Shown here: piece by piece, positions 19,065 through 26,457 of the stretch
How the letters are laid out: the number at the start of each line of letters is the position of its first letter
Position numbering within the stretch: the first letter of the stretch is position 1
Source of the DNA: an uncultured bacterium
GTDB lineage: Bacteria; Desulfobacterota; DSM-4660; Desulfatiglandales; JALVMZ01
Length of the DNA stretch: 64,000 nucleotides
NCBI GenBank assembly: GCA_965613025.1
Contig: CBFDUE010000002.1
Span: forward strand, 13,974-77,973
Direction: 5' to 3'
Made by a program: the position numbers and the translations under genes
Notes under the pieces: model-generated
Told to the model about the DNA's origin: nothing
The model's database searches: none
What the model saw: only the letters and a program-made list of their open reading frames with translations

Positions 19065-19868
19065 TCATGTTTCATAGCGAGATCCATTGACGTATTTTTG
19101 ATCTTTACCTAAAGCTGCGGATATCTTCATTGCAGTTTCTTTTGCCAAGGCCCCGAAGTGATCTACATCTTCGAGCTCAAAGCTCAACACCGTGGCAGCG
19201 ATGCAAAGGCCTCCCACAAGCGCATTTCTAAAATCATAGATAGGTGCGGCAACCCTTCTGATTCCTTTCCTCAGTTCTTGGTCTTCAAAGGCAAAGCCCC
19301 TTTTCCGAATGGTATGGAGATCCTTTTCTAACTTTCTGAAATCGGTTATGGTGTGTTCTGTGACACGCGGAAGGCCTATTTTGCGAAGGACTTCCTTTCG
19401 CTTGTCCTGATCCATATGGGCCAGATAGATCTTGCCTGCGGCAACGGCATGCAGATAAGGGTATGCGCTGCCCACCCGGGCATACAATCTGACCTCTTCA
19501 GTCCCTTCGACCTGCTCAATCAGCACAAGCTGATCCTGATCTAAGGTGGCAAGTTCAATGTTTTTTCCGACCAGCTCCGCCAGCTCTTCCATAAAGGGGC
19601 GGGCAACAGAGCGGAGATTGATCTTAGTTTGGATACTGTTTCCCAGGTAGAGGAGCCGAATTCCAAGGCGATAGGTGCCCCTTTTCTTGGTTTTTTCCAC
19701 GATGCCTCGATGGCAAAGTGTGTTGAGGATTCGAACCAGGGATTGCCGTGGAATGGAAAGGCGCCTCAGGATATCCGAGAATTGAACTTCCTTTTCCGAG
19801 GCCATCAGCTCGATGACATCAATCGCCCTCTCCACAGCCGGTGATCCCGTTTGTTTTAGAGAATCCAA
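19065..19868 (-). CDS. IclR-family transcriptional regulator
   Basis: It has an N-terminal wHTH (AIDVIELMASE..QFSDILRRLSIPRQSLVRILNTL) and a C-terminal IclR effector domain. Confidence 0.85.
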   Translation of the reverse strand: MDSLKQTGSPAVERAIDVIELMASEKEVQFSDILRRLSIPRQSLVRILNTLCHRGIVEKTKKRGTYRLGIRLLYLGNSIQTKINLRSVARPFMEELAELVGKNIELATLDQDQLVLIEQVEGTEEVRLYARVGSAYPYLHAVAAGKIYLAHMDQDKRKEVLRKIGLPRVTEHTITDFRKLEKDLHTIRKRGFAFEDQELRKGIRRVAAPIYDFRNALVGGLCIAATVLSFELEDVDHFGALAKETAMKISAALGKDQKYVNGSRYET

Positions 19869-20285
19869 TGTTAAGTCCCATATATGATATTTAAAGTTCT
19901 ATATTTGAGATTTAAATCATTGCTGACAAGAAGTCAAGTTATAAAATTCCTCTCATCTATTTCTCCATTACCTCACTGCTGTCACCAACTTTGACTATAC
20001 CGTATGTTGTGGCCTGTTTTTCTTTACACCGGCCAAAACTCTACTTACACTTCCACACAAAAGCGAATTCTCATCGATTTTCTGTAAAATCTTCCCAACA
20101 CATCCCCATCTTCGCTAAAGATCTCAGTTACAAGAGTATGTATCAGTATTCCAAAAACAGTAAGGAATAGAAGTGAGAGGATTGCAGTTGAAAAAAATAA
20201 GTATTTTAAATAGCTTTCTTTTTATCTATCATAGAGATAAAAACCTTTTTAAAAGCATTTCAAGGATAAAGGATGGTGGGATAAG

Positions 20286-21317
20286 ATGGAAGTGTGGGAA
20301 AGGATTCATTCAAGAAGCATCCAAACACCTTCAGAGCTACCAGAGCCCTTGATACCTGATGAAGATATTAAGACAGTAATTGATAAATATCCCATGAAGA
20401 TAAACCCGTATATCTTGTCACTCATTAAAGAGGAAAATGACCCAATTTACAGACAATTCATTCCAAGCCTTAAAGAGATAAATGACCACAAAGGAAAGGA
20501 GGATCCTTTAAAAGAAGAGGAGATGTCTCCTGCTCCCTGTATAATAAAGAGATATCCAGATAGAGTAGTATTTTTGGTATCTTCGCAGTGTGCAAGCTAT
20601 TGCAGATTCTGTAACAGAAAGAGGATGGTAGGAAGATCTAAGATAAGATATAATGATATAATTGATTCCATATCCTATATAAGGTCAGATAGATCCATTA
20701 GGGATGTGTTGCTTTCAGGTGGTGATCCTCTCATCTTACCAGATAGAGATTTATTTAATATATTAACAAGATTAAGGGAAATCCCCCATGTTGAGATAAT
20801 CAGAATCGGAACCCGCATCCCTTGCTCCCTTCCCCAGAGAATCACTCCAGAGCTTGTAAAGATGCTAAAGGGTTTTCACCCACTCTATATAAATATCCAT
20901 TTTAACCATCCATCTGAAATCACTCCCCAATCCTCCAGAGCGTGTAATATGCTTGCTGATGCAGGAATACCCTTAGGGTCTCAGAGCGTCCTTTTAAGGG
21001 GGATAAATGATGATCATCATACTATAAAAAGACTGATGCAGATGCTTTTGAAGATAAGGGTCAGACCCTATTATCTCTTTCAAGCAGACAGAGTAAAAGG
21101 GACATCCCATTTCTGGACTCCCCTGGAAAAGGGAATAGAGATTATTAAATCCCTGATAGGACATACCTCTGGGCTCTGTATCCCCCATTTTGTAGTAGAT
21201 CTTCCAGGAGGTGGAGGAAAGGTTCCGCTTATCCCTCAGTTTTTACTCTCTAAGGACAGAGATGGCCTTGTCTTTAAAAACTATCAAGGAAAGCCATACC
21301 ATTACCCATTTCCATAG
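20286..21317 (+). CDS. KamA-family radical SAM aminomutase (lysine 2,3-aminomutase/EpmB-like)
   Basis: CxxxCxxC cluster motif CASYCRFCNRK, SGGDPL and a 343 aa length. Confidence 0.8.
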   Translation: MEVWERIHSRSIQTPSELPEPLIPDEDIKTVIDKYPMKINPYILSLIKEENDPIYRQFIPSLKEINDHKGKEDPLKEEEMSPAPCIIKRYPDRVVFLVSSQCASYCRFCNRKRMVGRSKIRYNDIIDSISYIRSDRSIRDVLLSGGDPLILPDRDLFNILTRLREIPHVEIIRIGTRIPCSLPQRITPELVKMLKGFHPLYINIHFNHPSEITPQSSRACNMLADAGIPLGSQSVLLRGINDDHHTIKRLMQMLLKIRVRPYYLFQADRVKGTSHFWTPLEKGIEIIKSLIGHTSGLCIPHFVVDLPGGGGKVPLIPQFLLSKDRDGLVFKNYQGKPYHYPFP

Positions 21318-21507
21318 ACCTCTAAGAATTGTCAGCAGATATTTCATTTTGAAATGGTCTTAGAAGCCTAATAAGGTATCAAGAATTTTATTGACATGCT
21401 AAAAAACTCCTATATTGAGCAAAAGATCAGAAGATATCTTTTTAAGATATTTTTCAAAATGAAACCAACTTTATGAGGGGTAGGGAAGCTCTTTTAAGTA
21501 CCAGGTC

Positions 21508-21627
21508 GAGAGCTTTGAATTTTTCAAAGCTCTCATAAAAAGGCTGTAATTATGGGTTATTTTAAGTTAATTTTTGGGGGTCTGGGGGTGTAACCCCCAA
21601 TGTAAAAAGAGGTAATGCAAAGGTCTC
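21508..21627 (-). mobile_element. MITE-like intergenic repeat, copy 2 (orientation B)
   Basis: 120 bp reverse complement of the copy 1/3 consensus. It is flanked by direct CAGGTC (21502-21507) and CAGGTC (21628-21633). Confidence 0.8.
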
Positions 21628-21725
21628 CAGGTCATAGAATATACCTACCTAAATTTTATAAGGAGTTTAGAGTCAATCTCTCTTGAATCTTACTATATCA
21701 AATAATGTTGACCTTTCAAGCCAAA

Positions 21726-21743
21726 AGGGCTAAATTGTTGCAT
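21726..21743 (+). promoter_or_regulatory. Candidate sigma-54 (-24/-12) promoter upstream of the TauE operon
   Basis: The sequence aGGGCTAAATTGTTGCAt has GG (21728-29) and GC (21740-41) at the canonical 12-nt offset, plus a TTGCA -12 box. It lies about 120 nt upstream of the start codon. Confidence 0.4.
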
Positions 21744-21866
21744 TATGAAATAAAAAATCCTTGACTTTTCAATTCATTTCATATATTGTGCATAAAATCA
21801 CGAAAGGATTATTTTTGATGATTTAATTAATTATTTCATATTATAAATAAATTTTGGAGGTAATTG

Positions 21867-22826
21867 ATGGGATTGAGAACAATTCTACTTCTGAGTACAT
21901 TGCTTGTCTTGATGGTCTTCTTTGCAGGAGATATGGGAGTATTGGCAGGTACGGGAGAAGGTGTTGTATCATCTTCATCAAGCTCCCATTCATGGTGGTT
22001 CTGGCCACTTGTGCTATTCATTGTAACCTTTCTTATGGGTATCTTTGCGGTTCTGGGTGGAGTAGGAGGAGGGGTGCTTTTTGTCCCTATTATTAGTGGA
22101 TTTTTCCCTTTTCATCTTGACTTTGTAAGGGGTTGTGGACTGCTTGTTGCCCTGTCAGGAGCGCTTGCAGCAGGTCCTGGTCTACTAAAGGCAAACCTTG
22201 CAAGTCTTAGATTGGCCATACCTGTTGCCCTAATTGCATCCACCTGTGCAATAATAGGTGCCATGATAGGCCTTGCCCTTCCAACCAATATAGTACAGAT
22301 TGCCCTGGGAGCTACCATAATTGGGATATGTATTCTTATGGTATCCACAAAGAAATCTGAATTACCAGAAGTGCCAGTGGCTGACAGGCTCTCAACCGCT
22401 TTGAGGATTTATGGTGTCTATCAGGAAGGGAGCTCCGGAGAGATTATTAACTGGAAGATACATCGCACACCCTTAGGCCTTGCCCTATTTATAATTATTG
22501 GCATTATGGCAGGGATGTTTGGACTTGGAGCCGGTTGGGCAAATGTGCCTGTGTTGAATCTGGTTATGGGAGCTCCTTTAAAGATAAGTGTGGCCACGAG
22601 CAAATTTCTTCTCTCTATTACCGATACCTCTGCAGCGTGGATCTATCTCAATCAGGGCTGTGTCATACCCATGATGGTAGTTCCTTCTCTTGTTGGGATA
22701 ATGCTTGGATCCTTTGTAGGGGTCAAACTACTTGTAATTGCAAAACCTGTTATAGTAAGATGGATAGTGATAGGGATGTTGGCCTTTGCAGGGGTAAAGG
22801 CATTGCTTAAAGGATTTGGAATATAG
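21867..22826 (+). CDS. TauE/SafE (DUF81) family anion exporter/permease
   Basis: A polytopic membrane protein with the GGVGGGVLFVPI motif, repeated later (GLGAGWANVPVL). SD GGAGG precedes ATG 21867. Confidence 0.75.
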   Translation: MGLRTILLLSTLLVLMVFFAGDMGVLAGTGEGVVSSSSSSHSWWFWPLVLFIVTFLMGIFAVLGGVGGGVLFVPIISGFFPFHLDFVRGCGLLVALSGALAAGPGLLKANLASLRLAIPVALIASTCAIIGAMIGLALPTNIVQIALGATIIGICILMVSTKKSELPEVPVADRLSTALRIYGVYQEGSSGEIINWKIHRTPLGLALFIIIGIMAGMFGLGAGWANVPVLNLVMGAPLKISVATSKFLLSITDTSAAWIYLNQGCVIPMMVVPSLVGIMLGSFVGVKLLVIAKPVIVRWIVIGMLAFAGVKALLKGFGI

Positions 22827-22839
22827 GAGGTAAAAAGAG

Positions 22840-23262
22840 ATGGTTGAAAAAAATAAGGATATTAAGGCAGGTCCTGAGCAGATACTATATGCCTCAATAC
22901 TTGAGAAGGGGATGCTTATTGGGCTTTTCATACTCTTTATCACATTTATTATATATGTATTTGGTATTATGAAACCCTATATCCCATTGGATGAGATATC
23001 TAAATTCTGGTCAATGAATGTCCACGACTATCTTGATCATGCAAAGATAAAGGGGGGCTGGAGCTGGCTCCTTATGCTGGGATATGGGGATTTTATTAAT
23101 TTTATAGGGATTGCTATATTAGCAGGTGTTACCATTATATGCTATATTGTTATCATTCCTCTGTTGGCAAGGCAGAAAGATTGGGCCTTTGTTATATTTT
23201 CAGTAATTGAGGTGCTTGTCCTATCCCTTGCAGCAAGTGGGCTGCTCAAAGTGGGGCATTAA
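22840..23262 (+). CDS. DUF1634-like small membrane protein (usual TauE partner)
   Basis: 140 aa with 3-4 TM helices, immediately downstream of the DUF81 gene as in many genomes. Assigned by context and topology. Confidence 0.5.
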   Translation: MVEKNKDIKAGPEQILYASILEKGMLIGLFILFITFIIYVFGIMKPYIPLDEISKFWSMNVHDYLDHAKIKGGWSWLLMLGYGDFINFIGIAILAGVTIICYIVIIPLLARQKDWAFVIFSVIEVLVLSLAASGLLKVGH

Positions 23263-23273
23263 TTTAATAAAAG

Positions 23274-23618
23274 ATGGCAAAGGAGATCTTTAAAGAAAAG
23301 ACCGTTAAAGATGTGATGATACCCATAGAGAATTATGCAATAGTTAGGCCTGATGCAACACTTCAAGAGGCAATAATGGTTCTTAGACAATCATATTTTG
23401 TTGACAGGGTCAGAAAGAATGCCATTGTAAAGGTTGTGGATATAATGCTAAGGGTAAAGGGAAGCATTGATTCAGGTGCAGATCTGCTTGATGCCCTTAA
23501 ATTAATTTTCAAAAATAGAATCACCAAACTGCCTGTCTATGAAAAGGATAGACTTGTAGGTGTTATCCGGGATACAGATATCTTTATAACGGTTTCAGAT
23601 ATCCTGACTCAAGAATAG
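23274..23618 (+). CDS. CBS-domain protein
   Basis: CBS-like blocks VKDVMIPIENYAIVRPDATLQEA and ITKLPVYEKDRLVGVIRDTDI. At 114 aa it is short. Confidence 0.65.
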   Translation: MAKEIFKEKTVKDVMIPIENYAIVRPDATLQEAIMVLRQSYFVDRVRKNAIVKVVDIMLRVKGSIDSGADLLDALKLIFKNRITKLPVYEKDRLVGVIRDTDIFITVSDILTQE

Positions 23619-23632
23619 ACCGTTTAAATATA

Positions 23633-25075
23633 TTGTGGACAATGGTTCTTCAACTTTTTCAGTTAAATATAAGGCAGAAGATTGTATTGGGTATTACCCT
23701 GTTTTTTATCGCAACGGGCATCGGGGGTCTACTATCTTACAGAAATCTAAAGGTGATGGAAAAAAAGGTCAAATTTGTGGAGATGGCAGATGATCTAAAC
23801 AACATTATACTTGAGATAAGAAGGTATGAAAAGAACTTCTTTCTGTATGGCCTCTCCGAGCTGGATGCACTGACCCAGAATAAGATATATATTGACAATG
23901 CCCTTATGATACTTGAAAAGCTTTCTAAAGATTTAAGAGACCTTAAAGGAATACCAAAGGTAAAAGAGCTACAGAAGGAATTGATCTCGTACAGAGAGCT
24001 CGTGATACGTATAATGGAATTTGCAAATACAAAGGAGATAGAAGGAATTGAAAAGATTGCCGTGCCCTTGAGAGATAAAGGGAAGAGGCTTGTTGATCTG
24101 ACTCAAGAGCTTGTTCAATTTGAAAGAAAGAGAATACTCCTTATAATTGAACGACTCTACAGTAATCTCTTCATCACTATGCTGCTTCTGCTTCTTTTTT
24201 TGGGATCTCTTGCCTTTTTTGTTATAAGAAAGATTATACAACCCCTCAGGTTAATAGAAGATACTACCATTCAGATAGCAAAAGGAAATTTTAAGCCTAT
24301 TCCTGTTCCAAAAACCAAGGATGAAACTGAACGGGTAATTCGTGCATTTAATCATATGGTTCAAGAGCTTGAAAGGAGACAAGATCATCTGGTTCAGGCC
24401 AAAAAGCTCTCGTCTCTTGGCACCTTAACCTCTGGTATTGCCCATGAATTGAATAACCCTCTAAATAATATATCCACTTCGTGTCAGATAGTCCTGGAAG
24501 AGCTTGATGAGATGGATAAGGAATTCCTGCGAAACATGCTCCTTAACATGGAAAAGGAGATAGCAAGAGCAAGGGATATAGTTAAGGGATTGCTTGAATT
24601 TTCACGGACAAAGGAGTTTATAATTGCTCCTGCAAATCTAAAGACTCTGGTTATGAATGTATGCAAATTAGTTGAAAGCCAACTTCCAGGAGGTATTGAG
24701 ATCAGGGTGGATATACCTGATGATCTTATTGTCCCTATGGACTCTCAGCGAATGCAACAGGTCTTTCTGAATCTCTTTTTAAATTCCATACAGGCGATTC
24801 CTGAGCCCCCTGGTGAGATAAGGGTAACTGCTCATAAAGACAGTTCTAAGGAGGAGGTCATAATAAAGGTAGAAGATACGGGTATTGGGATGGACAAGGA
24901 GACATTATCCCATATATTTGATCCATTCTTTACCACCAAGGAGGTGGGAGCTGGAACAGGTCTGGGACTTTCCATTGTCCATGGAATAATTGAACAGCAC
25001 AATGGCACCATCTCTGTTGAAAGCAAGAAGAATGAAGGAACAAGATTTACAATAACACTTCCCCTTAGACGATAA
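23633..25075 (+). CDS. Sensor histidine kinase (two TM helices, periplasmic helical sensor, HAMP, HisKA, HATPase)
   Basis: H-box SGIAHELNNPLNNI, G1 box EDTGIGM and G2 box GTGLGLSIV. The start is TTG 23633 or ATG 23642. Confidence 0.9.
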   Translation: MWTMVLQLFQLNIRQKIVLGITLFFIATGIGGLLSYRNLKVMEKKVKFVEMADDLNNIILEIRRYEKNFFLYGLSELDALTQNKIYIDNALMILEKLSKDLRDLKGIPKVKELQKELISYRELVIRIMEFANTKEIEGIEKIAVPLRDKGKRLVDLTQELVQFERKRILLIIERLYSNLFITMLLLLLFLGSLAFFVIRKIIQPLRLIEDTTIQIAKGNFKPIPVPKTKDETERVIRAFNHMVQELERRQDHLVQAKKLSSLGTLTSGIAHELNNPLNNISTSCQIVLEELDEMDKEFLRNMLLNMEKEIARARDIVKGLLEFSRTKEFIIAPANLKTLVMNVCKLVESQLPGGIEIRVDIPDDLIVPMDSQRMQQVFLNLFLNSIQAIPEPPGEIRVTAHKDSSKEEVIIKVEDTGIGMDKETLSHIFDPFFTTKEVGAGTGLGLSIVHGIIEQHNGTISVESKKNEGTRFTITLPLRR

Positions 25076-25098
25076 TTTGATTTAAAGAGGTCCTTTCT

Positions 25099-26457
25099 AT
25101 GGATAGATACAAGATACTGATTATTGACGATGAGCCTATTGCCCTCCAGAATCTGGAATATATTATGAAAAAAGAGGGCTACGAGGTGGTGTGTGTGGAA
25201 AGTGGCCTTAAGGCACTAAAGCTTTTAGAGAAGAATGAGTTTGACCTGATATTGACAGATCTTAAGATGCAACCAATTGATGGACTCCAGGTGCTTGAAA
25301 GGACAAAAGAGCTCTATCCAGATACAGAGGTTATCCTTATTACTGCCTTTGCCACAGTTGATACTGCTGTTGAGGCAATGAAAAAGGGGGCATATCATTA
25401 TATCTCTAAACCATTTAAACTTGATGAGGTTCGTCATACAGTAAGAAAGGCACTGGAGCAGAGAGCGCTAAAGAAGGAGGTATCCGAATTAAGGGAACGG
25501 GTAAAACACCATGAAGGGGTGCCTCTTATTGTTGGGAAAAGTCAGGCGATACAATCTCTTAAAGAGACCATCAGACAGATAGCTCCCACAGACTGCAATG
25601 TACTGATATATGGAGAGACAGGCACAGGTAAAGAGCTTGTTGCAAAGGCAATACATTATCTTAGCCCAAGGGCAGAAAAGCGATTCCTGGCATTTAACTG
25701 TGGTGCATTTACAGAGGAGCTGCTTGCAAATGAACTCTTTGGGCATGAAAAAGAGGCCTTTACAGGTGCAAAGGGGATTAAGAAAGGGCTTCTTGAAAGT
25801 GCTTCAGGAGGAACCGTCTTGCTGGATGAGATAGGAGATATGCCACAGTCAATGCAGGTAAAATTGCTTCGCGTGCTTCAGGAGAAAAAGTTAATCAGAG
25901 TCGGTGGCACCGAAGAGATTCCCATTGATATCAGAGTAATTGCAGCCACAAACAGAGATCTTAAAAAAGAGGTAAAAAGAGGAAGATTTAGAAAAGATCT
26001 GTTTTATAGATTAAATGTAATAACTCTTGAAGTCCCTCCTCTAATTGATCGTAGAGATGATATACCACTACTTGCATACCATTTTTTAAAGATATTCTCC
26101 CATAATCAGGGAAAGTCTATAGATAAGATCTCTGACCAAGTAATGGATATACTTATGTCCTATGAGTTTCCAGGAAATGTAAGAGAGCTTGAAAACATAA
26201 TAGAAAGGGCGGTTACTCTATGTCGGGGAGAGGTAATAGAGACAAGACATCTTCCCCCTGATCTGCAACAGCTTACCTTCAGAGTAAAGAGACCTGTAAG
26301 AAGGGAGCTACCTACCCTTGAAGAACAAGAAAGGGATTATATCCAGTGGGTTCTTCAAAAGACAGGGGGTAATAAGACTAAGGCAGCGGAGATCTTAGGT
26401 ATTGATAGGGTATCTTTATGGAGAAAATTAAAAAAATATCAACTTGAAGAGGGCTAA
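25099..26457 (+). CDS. Sigma-54-dependent response regulator (NtrC family bEBP)
   Basis: REC domain (IDDE...TDLKM), AAA+ Walker A GETGTGKE, ELFGHEKEAFTGA (GAFTGA loop) and a C-terminal Fis-type HTH. Confidence 0.9.
   Translation: MDRYKILIIDDEPIALQNLEYIMKKEGYEVVCVESGLKALKLLEKNEFDLILTDLKMQPIDGLQVLERTKELYPDTEVILITAFATVDTAVEAMKKGAYHYISKPFKLDEVRHTVRKALEQRALKKEVSELRERVKHHEGVPLIVGKSQAIQSLKETIRQIAPTDCNVLIYGETGTGKELVAKAIHYLSPRAEKRFLAFNCGAFTEELLANELFGHEKEAFTGAKGIKKGLLESASGGTVLLDEIGDMPQSMQVKLLRVLQEKKLIRVGGTEEIPIDIRVIAATNRDLKKEVKRGRFRKDLFYRLNVITLEVPPLIDRRDDIPLLAYHFLKIFSHNQGKSIDKISDQVMDILMSYEFPGNVRELENIIERAVTLCRGEVIETRHLPPDLQQLTFRVKRPVRRELPTLEEQERDYIQWVLQKTGGNKTKAAEILGIDRVSLWRKLKKYQLEEG

Noticed and set aside
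18806-19112. ORFs of 93 aa (-) and 100 aa (+) between ptb and iclR
   Set aside because: They overlap each other and the ends of real genes, and they have no SD or recognisable motifs. The 227-bp gap is more likely the ptb promoter/IclR operator region.
19725-19745. GGTTCGAATCC (tRNA T-arm-like) on the minus strand
   Set aside because: It lies inside the IclR CDS (encoding LVRILNTL), with no acceptor, anticodon or D-arm structure around it. It is a chance match.
19869-20285. A 417-bp gene-free region containing a start-less hydrophobic frame (…YLFFSTAILSLLFLTVFGILIHTLV…) and a mini-ORF MGMCWEDFTENR-TGA-EFAFVWKCK, considered as a possible selenopeptide
   Set aside because: There is no canonical start codon for the hydrophobic frame, and no SD or SECIS-like hairpin for the mini-ORF. 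The TGA read-through idea rests on nothing but adjacency to a selenium operon. It is possibly a decayed gene remnant but is not supportable.
21318-21370. Nested inverted repeats after kamA (TCTAAGA...TCTTAGA enclosing ATTTCA-TTT-TGAAAT) as a terminator
   Set aside because: The stems are short and AT-rich, the outer loop is 31 nt, and no U-tract follows. It cannot be distinguished from chance in AT-rich DNA.
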